A DNA stretch of 64,000 nucleotides from positions 62,876 to 126,875 of the IMG/VR virus record IMGVR_UViG_3300037475_000240; one strand, written 5' to 3'. Source of the DNA: a virus. Below the pieces are notes generated by a model that did no database searches, was not told the DNA's origin, and saw nothing but the letters and a program-made list of their open reading frames with translations. Positions 56,229-64,000 of this stretch are shown here, piece after piece; position 1 is the first letter of the stretch, and each line of letters starts with the position of its first letter. The position numbers and the translations under genes were made by a program.

Positions 56229-57005
56229 TTATCCTAGATTCCAAAAATCTTTAATTCTAAAGTCATCTACTTCATTACAATATTTTTGTTGAATATAAAA
56301 TAATTCTGGATCCATTCTTGTGCCAGTATCTGCTCTTAATTTATTATTTTTAATAGTAAACTCTTCTTTGCTTTTTAAAATATAATGAGCTACAAAAATT
56401 TTATTTTGAGTATGTTTTTCATGTAATGAAATAGTTCCATTATGATCTCCTATCTTAATACAATTTTCATCAACAGAAATTTCTCCAATTTTAGGAATTA
56501 AACGATGTGGATCTGGAGGAACAATTGGTTGCATTTTACTTATATCACATATAGATTGTGTATGATTATTAATACCAGACTCGCTTTTTGCACGTTTAGT
56601 AAAACGTGTATAAACTGATCCTGGTTCTTTTTTTTCTAACCAAGAGTCACCAAATGTTTCCCATACTGGTTGCATTTGCGCAAATTTTTCATATTGTTGC
56701 ATAGTAATTTTTAAATCAGTATTAGTTGGTGAAAATAATACTTGATCACAATCAATAAAAGCCATCCATTTAGAATGACCTTGAAAATTTTTAACTGTAT
56801 AGGCATGGGAATGATGATGTCTATTTGGTTCAGGATATTTAACTACAGTGACATTTTTTTTATCTTTAAATTTATTAGTTAAATTATCTCCATCCCTATC
56901 ATAAAAAATAAAAGATTCTACACCTAATTTTTCATGAATTTTTATAAAATCATCAATATAATCGTCTTCTTGTTTAATACAAGTTACTACAGTTAAATAA
57001 TACAT
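56229..57005 (-). CDS. GT-A glycosyltransferase (GT92/GT2-like)
   Basis: IKQEDDYIDDFIKIH..LGVE.F..YD, WMAFIDCD, HYILKSKEEF. Confidence 0.75.
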   Translation of the reverse strand: MYYLTVVTCIKQEDDYIDDFIKIHEKLGVESFIFYDRDGDNLTNKFKDKKNVTVVKYPEPNRHHHSHAYTVKNFQGHSKWMAFIDCDQVLFSPTNTDLKITMQQYEKFAQMQPVWETFGDSWLEKKEPGSVYTRFTKRAKSESGINNHTQSICDISKMQPIVPPDPHRLIPKIGEISVDENCIKIGDHNGTISLHEKHTQNKIFVAHYILKSKEEFTIKNNKLRADTGTRMDPELFYIQQKYCNEVDDFRIKDFWNLG

Positions 57006-57908
57006 TTATACCTTTATATTTAAAATATGTTTTCCTGGATCTTTAGGCAGATCAATTTTTATACCATTATAATTTCTATTCATTGGTTTTCCAGTTAAAA
57101 TATTATTAGGATTTCTAATCATCCATTCATTTTTACTTGGATTACTTAACATTGGAGTTATAGGAATAACATTATCAAATAAATAATGAGTTACTTGACT
57201 CCATCTTGTTAAGGTATGGTTTTCTATTTTTGAACCACCATGTAATAAATTAGACGCCCAAATTAAACAATCACCCTTTTTAATTTCTAATTCTTTTCTA
57301 AGAAATTGTTTAGCAATTTTATCAATTTTATTTTCATATTCATGATAGCTTTTACTAAAATAAGAAGTATCTAAATATCTGTCCCCATTTGTGTCAATAA
57401 TTAATTTTTCATACTCCATAGCTTCATGTTTATGGGATCCTACATAATAATGTAATGGTCCTTGTTTTAAAGATACGTCTTCAAGTGCTACCCAAACACC
57501 ACACATATAATGATATGGAATAGTATTAAAATGAATAAAATCACTATGTGTGGCTTGTTGTGTTCCTGTTATAAAATTTAATGTTTGAAATGGTACTGGA
57601 GTTCTATTATAAATAATTTTTAAAGTTTCTAAAATTATTTTATTACAAGCAATTTGTTTAGATTGTTCACAAAATAAATGGGCATCTTGTACTCTATTAG
57701 TTTTCCAATCATATTTTAGTCTGATAGATTTCTCTAAAGATTTAAAATCTATATTATTAATAATATTAGTATTTTCTAATATTAAAAATCCATTATTAAC
57801 ATAATTGTCAATTTTTGACTGATAATCAGATGATAATGTTAGATAATATGGGTTATTTTTATAATTTGGATCTTCAATCCAAGGAAGGTTTTCTAAACAA
57901 TAATTCAT
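57006..57908 (-). CDS. PhyH-family 2OG/Fe(II) dioxygenase
   Basis: HSD, GVWVALED, GPL.YY.GSH, KGD..IW..NLLHGG. Confidence 0.85.
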   Translation of the reverse strand: MNYCLENLPWIEDPNYKNNPYYLTLSSDYQSKIDNYVNNGFLILENTNIINNIDFKSLEKSIRLKYDWKTNRVQDAHLFCEQSKQIACNKIILETLKIIYNRTPVPFQTLNFITGTQQATHSDFIHFNTIPYHYMCGVWVALEDVSLKQGPLHYYVGSHKHEAMEYEKLIIDTNGDRYLDTSYFSKSYHEYENKIDKIAKQFLRKELEIKKGDCLIWASNLLHGGSKIENHTLTRWSQVTHYLFDNVIPITPMLSNPSKNEWMIRNPNNILTGKPMNRNYNGIKIDLPKDPGKHILNIKV

Positions 57909-57946
57909 TGTACCTTTAAAAAATTAATTGCAACAAACAATATATA

Positions 57947-58651
57947 TCACGATTTTTTGGCTCTAAAAAATATCCAATTCGTATGTCTATCACCAGGTCC
58001 AACTGGTCTAATATCATAATCAAAATCTATAAATCCAATTTTTTCTAAATCTGATTTTAATTGACCAGGATCTTCTACCCTTACATCACAGGCACTGTTA
58101 GTACCATTAGCATCATAAAAATTATCATAATAATTAACACTATTTGGATGACTGTTTCCAAATCCCATTTGAAAACAAATATAACCATTATTTTTTAAAA
58201 CTCTAAAATATTCTTTAAATAAATTAAATCGTATTTCATAAACACAAATATGTTGCATAACTATAGTGCTAAAAACAATATCATAAAGTTCAGATGGTAT
58301 TATAGATAAATCTGTTCCATTATTATGATATAAATTAGGAACAGATTTATTATTATTTTCGCACCACACTTTAACATTTTTTAAGTTAAAATCAGAAATA
58401 TCTACTCCATCAATTTGTTTAAATCTATCATTAAATTTAACAATATTTCTGCCTGGACCACAACCAAAATCTAATGCGATTTTATTTTTAGTATCTATAT
58501 TTTTAAAAAGAAAATCATCATAATCTTTCCAATTATTATGATGATCAAATACCCCTACAACTGGATCTCTATTACTGAGAGACCATTGTTTAGCTTCATG
58601 ATCATATTGATTTTTTTGCATTTTACTATATTTATTATCTGAATTAACCAT
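57947..58651 (-). CDS. Class I SAM-dependent methyltransferase
   Basis: ALDFGCGPGRN, GVDIS, FRVLKNNG. Confidence 0.88.
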   Translation of the reverse strand: MVNSDNKYSKMQKNQYDHEAKQWSLSNRDPVVGVFDHHNNWKDYDDFLFKNIDTKNKIALDFGCGPGRNIVKFNDRFKQIDGVDISDFNLKNVKVWCENNNKSVPNLYHNNGTDLSIIPSELYDIVFSTIVMQHICVYEIRFNLFKEYFRVLKNNGYICFQMGFGNSHPNSVNYYDNFYDANGTNSACDVRVEDPGQLKSDLEKIGFIDFDYDIRPVGPGDRHTNWIFFRAKKS

Positions 58652-58676
58652 AATATTTATCTAATAAAATTAGTAG

Positions 58677-59348
58677 TTAAGACTTAATGAGTCCAAAATC
58701 AATTTCTTTTTGTTTCATATTATGAACATGTCCATTGTACCAAATAATATCATAATCAATATCTTGCCGAGCAACAATTAAATTTTCAGTAAAAAAATGA
58801 TGTTTTAATAAAACTTCTGGACAAAACTCAACATTATTTTTACAATAATCTATTATTTTATTAAAACAATTAGAATATTTTTTCATATCATTCATTGAAC
58901 CATATGCTATTTGATCATTGTATCCTGAAAAATTTCCATATAATGGAATAATAACTTTATCATAATGATCTAATAAATTCCAATTATTTTTTAATAAAAT
59001 ATCGCCCCTAAATCTAATAATAAGATCATAATTTTCTTCAACCATATTTATTGATTTAAATATTGAATTATACATTGAAAATACTCCATTAATATCATAT
59101 GATGTATTTCCAACTTTATTTTGATTATTAAAGTTAATAGGATCTTCTATTATTAATTTTTTAGGATTATATATTTCTTTTATTTTGCTTTCAAATTTAT
59201 TTAAATTTGTTTTAACGCCACGATCAATTTCTGACCAAGTATGTATATAAATATCTGGATTATATTTTGATAAAAAATATTTTTTAAGATTAATAATATT
59301 TTTATTATAAGTTCTTAATAATCCGGATATACATAGTGCTATTTTCAT
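58677..59348 (-). CDS. Putative glycosyltransferase-like protein (paralog 3)
   Basis: KIALCISGLLR, DIYIHTW, YDLIIRFRGD, NDQIAYG. Confidence 0.6.
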   Translation of the reverse strand: MKIALCISGLLRTYNKNIINLKKYFLSKYNPDIYIHTWSEIDRGVKTNLNKFESKIKEIYNPKKLIIEDPINFNNQNKVGNTSYDINGVFSMYNSIFKSINMVEENYDLIIRFRGDILLKNNWNLLDHYDKVIIPLYGNFSGYNDQIAYGSMNDMKKYSNCFNKIIDYCKNNVEFCPEVLLKHHFFTENLIVARQDIDYDIIWYNGHVHNMKQKEIDFGLIKS

Positions 59349-59364
59349 GTTTTTACTATATCAA

Positions 59365-60291
59365 TTAATACATAATGTAAAGATAGCCCGAGCCACCATA
59401 ACCACCTATTCCACCTTGCACAGTAGCATTTCCGCCGCCACCTCCACCTCCAGCTCCAGTATTGTTTAATGCAGAATCTGCAAAATTACCACCATCACCA
59501 CCATTGGCACCATCTCCTTGAGGACCTGCACCACCACCTCCACCCCCACTTTGTGTTCCAGATGCTGTTGAAGCTCCACCAGCACCAGGACTATATAAAC
59601 TTATAAAATTAATTTCCCCTGGATTACCACTTACTGATTCTGGTGTTCCACCTGCTCCCCCACCAGCTGACATGAATGAAATTTGAATTCCTCGACCCAT
59701 TATATGAGGAAAATTACATCCACCTAAACCTCCAGCAGAATCAAATCTTCCTCCACCGCCTCCGCCCCCCGCCCCAGTTGCAGAAAATAAAATAATACTA
59801 CTTAATTGAATCTGAGTTTCTCCGCCCGAAGAACCAGCAGAAGCATTTCCACCAATAGCACCAGCAGAAGGTGTGCCGCCAGCCCCAATAATAATATCAT
59901 AAGTTAATCCTGGAGTAACTTGTAAATTACTTACTTGCTGTATAGATCCTCCTCCACCACCTCCGCCGAATGCTTTTGCAGTAAATCCTTGACTACTTCC
60001 GCCGCCACCTCCGCCGCCGCCACCTCCAGCCGCAATAACCAATATATTAGTTACTCCTTCTGGACATGTCCAAGTATCATTTGAGGTAAAATATTCTTTT
60101 CTAAGTCCACTAGATGCTGGAATTGGTTTTGGCCCCCAATATCCGTCTCCTGAACTATCATAAGTTAATACATAGCCATCAGTTGGAGTTTCATCAGAGA
60201 CTGGAACATTTTGTAAGCCAACTACAACGCTATCATTAATAATTAAATCACTCGACATATTATCTCCATAAATTTCTTTATTTGATGGCAT
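59365..60291 (-). CDS. Glycine-rich tail-fibre-like protein
   Basis: FTSNDTWTCPEGVT..V.AAGGGGGGG and multiple GGxG runs. Confidence 0.75.
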   Translation of the reverse strand: MPSNKEIYGDNMSSDLIINDSVVVGLQNVPVSDETPTDGYVLTYDSSGDGYWGPKPIPASSGLRKEYFTSNDTWTCPEGVTNILVIAAGGGGGGGGGGSSQGFTAKAFGGGGGGGSIQQVSNLQVTPGLTYDIIIGAGGTPSAGAIGGNASAGSSGGETQIQLSSIILFSATGAGGGGGGGRFDSAGGLGGCNFPHIMGRGIQISFMSAGGGAGGTPESVSGNPGEINFISLYSPGAGGASTASGTQSGGGGGGAGPQGDGANGGDGGNFADSALNNTGAGGGGGGGNATVQGGIGGYGGSGYLYIMY

Positions 60292-60325
60292 AATATGTAC
60301 AAAACAAAATTATAAATTTAATAAA

Positions 60326-60787
60326 TTATTTTACAATTCCGTTTAATTTATATTTTTCAGGATAGTCAGTGCAGATACCACCAGAATAATACAAATTACT
60401 TGGAATAATTTTTGAAATTTCTGGCATTACAGCAATACTCTTAGAATGACCCACAAGTCTATTTGGATAAGTCCAAATCCATCCTTTGGATGTAAGTGTA
60501 GCATCATCTGTATTATGAAAGAAATAATGTATTAAATTACCTGAGCTTGCTAACACATGTAATGTTTCAATATTTTTGGCGTGAACCCAAAATTTGTTGT
60601 TAGATAAAAAGTGCTTATCTACTTCATATTGAGGTTTATCATGACCTAATATAAATTTATTGTTAATGAACCATACGTCAAGCTCAGCTTGATATCCAAG
60701 TTTAAGAGCTTCTTTTAAATAATCTGGATGGTTTTCTTTTGAAAGATTTGGACCATTAATGTTACCACGATGGGCAATGTAAATCAT
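60326..60787 (-). CDS. GDPD-like phosphodiesterase-fold protein
   Basis: IAHRGN, EN, ELDVW, LGHD, GICTDY. Confidence 0.7.
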   Translation of the reverse strand: MIYIAHRGNINGPNLSKENHPDYLKEALKLGYQAELDVWFINNKFILGHDKPQYEVDKHFLSNNKFWVHAKNIETLHVLASSGNLIHYFFHNTDDATLTSKGWIWTYPNRLVGHSKSIAVMPEISKIIPSNLYYSGGICTDYPEKYKLNGIVK

Positions 60788-60825
60788 ATAGTATCCTTAA
60801 GAGAAAAATAAATCTCTTATATGTA

Positions 60826-61608
60826 TTATATTTTATTAGCAGTATTCCAAAGTTCTAAAACTCTATCCTCTTTTTCTGCATTGCAGAACCTATCATGCTC
60901 ATCAAACAAATCAAAGGGCATCTTTTCTCCAAAAATATCAGCCCTTCCTTTTGAATTTTTAAAAGTCCATTCTTCTTTTGACTTGCTAATATAGTGTGCA
61001 ACATACATTGTATCATGAAGTGGAGGAATGTTAAAAGCACTATTATGTACTAGTCCATGATTAGTATTAACAGAAACTTCGTGTTGAGCTAATCTAGGGT
61101 GATGTGGGTCATGAGTTCTTAATGTTAATGTTCTGTCAGGCTGACAAATAAATTGTGTGTGATTATTTATTCCTTCTTGACTTTTAGCTCTCATTAAGAA
61201 TCTTTCGTACAGAGATCCTTCTCCTTTTTCAATTCTTCCAGAAGATCCAAAGGTATGCCAGTTACATTGTAAACTAGCATAGCTTTCATAGCTCTTTAAA
61301 GTTTCTTTAATATCATCATTTTTAACTGGAACTAAGACTTGATCGGCGTCAATTAAAGCTAACCATTTAGTTTTTCCTTGGTTATGCTCAATTAACTTTG
61401 CCCAACCTTCAGCATGAACATTTTGAGGAATATCTGGAAAATGAACAATTTCAATGTCAGGTTCTCCACCCAAAAGCTTTGTTAATGGAGAATACTCTCG
61501 ATCAAAAAATACGAAGTGTTCAACGCCAACATGACGATGGAATTTCACAAAGTCAATCATATACGCTTCTTCTTGTTTTAAACACGATCCTAAAGTTAAA
61601 TATTTCAT
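60826..61608 (-). CDS. GT-A glycosyltransferase (paralog of 56229-57005)
   Basis: KQEEAYMIDFVKFH..VGVEHF, WLALIDAD, HYISKSKEEW. Confidence 0.75.
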   Translation of the reverse strand: MKYLTLGSCLKQEEAYMIDFVKFHRHVGVEHFVFFDREYSPLTKLLGGEPDIEIVHFPDIPQNVHAEGWAKLIEHNQGKTKWLALIDADQVLVPVKNDDIKETLKSYESYASLQCNWHTFGSSGRIEKGEGSLYERFLMRAKSQEGINNHTQFICQPDRTLTLRTHDPHHPRLAQHEVSVNTNHGLVHNSAFNIPPLHDTMYVAHYISKSKEEWTFKNSKGRADIFGEKMPFDLFDEHDRFCNAEKEDRVLELWNTANKI

Positions 61609-61632
61609 ATGTTCCTTGTCATAATAGATATA

Positions 61633-61794
61633 TCATTCGCTGATCGGGCGCCTCTTTAGAATAACAATTTCTGGTTGTTTCTTTTCTCCATTAGAGAAGC
61701 CGCACTTTTTACATTTAATTTTTTTAAATACAGATCGTTCATTTCCAATAATATCACACTCACCCATACAAATCTTACATACAAGAAACTTCAT
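61633..61794 (-). CDS. Small zinc-ribbon protein (53 aa), absent from the ORF track
   Basis: AAGGA RBS; MKFLVCKICMGEC...IKCKKCGFSN...*. Confidence 0.6.
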   Translation of the reverse strand: MKFLVCKICMGECDIIGNERSVFKKIKCKKCGFSNGEKKQPEIVILKRRPISE

Positions 61795-61802
61795 TTTTTC
61801 CT

Positions 61803-62333
61803 TTATCTGAAAGCCATTAGCTTTTTTATTTTTTCATCAAGATGCTTTGCATTAATTTTATAGCTTGGATACTTATCAATAAACTCTAAAATCTTTATTC
61901 TACAATCGTTAAGCATATCAATGTTAAAATTATTGTTCTTAAAATTAACTTGAATTTTAGAAAAATTAATTTGTCTTTCTATTGTTTTAAAATTACCATT
62001 AATATCTTTGGTATGATATCTACTAACATATGCTAATCGACTAGAGCCTGGACTAGAATGAATTCTGATGATTTCGGTTTTTCCATTATAAGTAAAATCT
62101 AATAATAAATAAGGTGAAACATATAATGTATCATAACTTTTTCTGAATTCTATTCCGGTATAAGTTTGATTAACTGAGGCAGAAACAAATTTAGGATTTA
62201 ATGAAATTAAATCTCCATAAGGTTTGGCTTGAACATCTGGAATTTTTTCTTTTACAAATTCAAGTTTTTTAGTAATATAATCAATTTGTATGAATTGCTC
62301 ATCTAAGCCTTTTAAGCTTTTGTTCTTTCTCAT
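61803..62333 (-). CDS. Hypothetical protein
   Basis: 176 aa, AAGGA RBS. Confidence 0.6.
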   Translation of the reverse strand: MRKNKSLKGLDEQFIQIDYITKKLEFVKEKIPDVQAKPYGDLISLNPKFVSASVNQTYTGIEFRKSYDTLYVSPYLLLDFTYNGKTEIIRIHSSPGSSRLAYVSRYHTKDINGNFKTIERQINFSKIQVNFKNNNFNIDMLNDCRIKILEFIDKYPSYKINAKHLDEKIKKLMAFR

Positions 62334-62341
62334 TATAATCC

Positions 62342-63058
62342 TTAATCAAAATCTGATTTATAATATACTTGTTTAGCTTTAACTTGAACTATTTCTTTAG
62401 TTTCTAGAATAAGACAACTTAAATTGCCTCCAAAACAGCAACCAGTATCTAATCCATAACAAAATACACCCGGGATAACCTCTTCAATTAAAGGCTTGTC
62501 ATATGAGTGAACATTATGTCCGTACACAATAGACTCTGGACCTTTCCAGAATTCTGTCCAGAAATGCGCTCCAGCTGCTTCTTTACCTAATTTATGTATC
62601 TTTTTTAAGGATAAAAATTTCATATCCTTATCGGTATACCTTAGATATAACAGCTCGTCTTTAGATTGTTTTTCTATGGGGGTGCCAGGTTTAGCTCCAC
62701 CATGTACTGCAACGACTTCGCCAAGATTAATATAGATTGGCATTTTAAAAATGTAATCTACATCTTCTTGACAAAAATCTTGGTAGTAAGATTTCTTATC
62801 ATAAACGTCTACCTTAGTGCCAAAAGTTTTGTACCACTTTAAGAATTTATGTTCATGGTTTCCCATAATACATTCTAAGTTAAGTTGACGCGCTCTTCTA
62901 ACAACTCCGACAGGATCTGGTCCTCGATCCAAAAGATCTCCTAATAAAACAACTCTATCATTTAAAACGTTGTAATTTAATTTATTTAAAAGTAAATTAA
63001 ATTCTTCTAAGCAACCGTGGATATCTCCTATAATTATAGTTCTTTCTTTAATTTCCAT
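62342..63058 (-). CDS. Metallophosphoesterase (ApaH/PrpE/Pnkp-phosphatase-like)
   Basis: GDIHGC, GDLLDRGP, GNHE, VHGG, VYGH, LDTGCCFG. Confidence 0.9.
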   Translation of the reverse strand: MEIKERTIIIGDIHGCLEEFNLLLNKLNYNVLNDRVVLLGDLLDRGPDPVGVVRRARQLNLECIMGNHEHKFLKWYKTFGTKVDVYDKKSYYQDFCQEDVDYIFKMPIYINLGEVVAVHGGAKPGTPIEKQSKDELLYLRYTDKDMKFLSLKKIHKLGKEAAGAHFWTEFWKGPESIVYGHNVHSYDKPLIEEVIPGVFCYGLDTGCCFGGNLSCLILETKEIVQVKAKQVYYKSDFD

Positions 63059-63287
63059 TCCCTTTTACGTCCCCTGAATCTTCAAAGACGATTTTTGTTT
63101 TACCTTCATGACCATGAATTAATTCTACATCTTCGATACTATCATAGCAGTTAGTGCTAGCGTGGCTACTTAACCATTCAATTACCACTTTGCCATTTGA
63201 AAATACCACACCTTCGGCTACTCTACCACAACCACTTACGCCTGACGCATCTTCCAATCTTAAAAAGTGAAATATACGCATACTCAT
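63048..63287 (-). CDS. Conserved-looking phage protein
   Basis: RLEDASGVSGCGRVAEGVVFSNG...IHGHEGKT. Confidence 0.7.
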   Translation of the reverse strand: MSMRIFHFLRLEDASGVSGCGRVAEGVVFSNGKVVIEWLSSHASTNCYDSIEDVELIHGHEGKTKIVFEDSGDVKGNGN

Positions 63288-63334
63288 TTGATTTTCCTTC
63301 GTTTGCCCCTCTATCGCAATATCTGGATATCCAC

Positions 63335-63362
63335 ATAATAATTATTTATATTATCATGTCAA
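63335..63362 (-). promoter_or_regulatory. Sigma70-like promoter
   Basis: TTGACA-N16-TATTAT in the intergenic gap. Confidence 0.5.
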
Positions 63363-63374
63363 GTTACCATAAAA

Positions 63375-64000
63375 TCAAATCAATTTATTCTTAATGATTT
63401 CCTGGTCTTTCCAGTGCTCAGAGGTTTGAACATGTCCCTTTCTAACATTTTTTGCAATAGATTTTGCAAATGAATTATTAGAAAATTCATTTTCTACACG
63501 AGCTACTATACCTTCTCTTAATCCGCCACATAAGGAAGGTTCTTTCATAAATTGCTCGGTTAATTTTTGTAAATTGATTTCTGAATCACATATTCCTTTG
63601 AATAAGACAGGAACAGTTGGTACTTCAATTTCTTCTGCCCATAACTCTACCTCTCCCCAAGAAAGCCATTTATCACTATTTAAATCTCTAACATTAAATA
63701 AAAGAAAATAATGTGGTAATTTAGAATATGCTATTGAATGCAAAGCTAAAGTCCATTCACCAAATAATTGTATCCCTTCAGGAATTTTATATTTAACACT
63801 TGCATGTAATGCTTTTAATCCATCAAAAGATGCATGGTTTGGCGGACCAGAATGTGTACGAGCAAAACACCCTTCTTTTTCTAAAGACGTATTACTTCCA
63901 TCCATTTTTTCAGTAATCACAATATTATTGTTAATTAATAAAGATATGTCATCTGAAATTTTATCATCATTAGTACAGCCCAAAGACCAGGAAAAATGTG
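63375..64000 (-). CDS. ATP-dependent RNA ligase family protein (5' end outside the window)
   Basis: HFSWSLG.T.DDK, TEKMDGSN (motif I), LFGE, REGIVAR; frame is open to the window edge. Confidence 0.85.
   Translation of the reverse strand, partial: HFSWSLGCTNDDKISDDISLLINNNIVITEKMDGSNTSLEKEGCFARTHSGPPNHASFDGLKALHASVKYKIPEGIQLFGEWTLALHSIAYSKLPHYFLLFNVRDLNSDKWLSWGEVELWAEEIEVPTVPVLFKGICDSEINLQKLTEQFMKEPSLCGGLREGIVARVENEFSNNSFAKSIAKNVRKGHVQTSEHWKDQEIIKNKLI

Noticed and set aside
59400-60030. GC-rich CCN runs resembling a tandem repeat or foreign island
   Set aside because: Explained by glycine codons of the fibre-like protein.
1444-63394. Many short antisense ORFs in the track (e.g. 2562-2954, 9491-9739, 12095-12406, 25418-25783, 29371-29601)
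   Set aside because: Shadow frames of well-supported minus-strand genes, with no motifs of their own.
1-64000. Genome-wide TAG reassignment (code 15-like)
   Set aside because: Long conserved genes are intact in the standard code and coding density is already high; in-frame TAG is confined to the two codon-3 cases.

Overview
AT-rich, gene-dense, mostly minus-strand 64 kb segment that reads as a jumbo ('huge') bacteriophage genome in the standard code. It has replication/recombination genes (RuvC-like, gp32-type SSB, RecA, DnaE, SbcCD, TopA, dNMP kinase), host-like translation and proteostasis genes (bS21, IF3, trigger factor, peptide deformylase, ClpP plus an inactive ClpR-like paralog, DksA, tmRNA, Thg1-like, Pth2), lysis enzymes and a glycosylation cluster. 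The most striking observation is a candidate amber-gated module at 44.9-48.0 kb. An HD-domain hydrolase gene and a Pth2-type peptidyl-tRNA hydrolase gene both begin RBS-ATG-NNN-TAG, with the ORF continuing in frame after the amber codon. Just downstream on the same strand are two tRNA genes with CUA (amber-suppressor) anticodons and a third tRNA-like gene with a 52-nt D-loop. TAG is otherwise almost unused as a stop here. dnaE is also fractured by a Ser1-type split intein with a free-standing Vsr-like endonuclease between the halves. All calls come from motif reading by eye; no searches were run.
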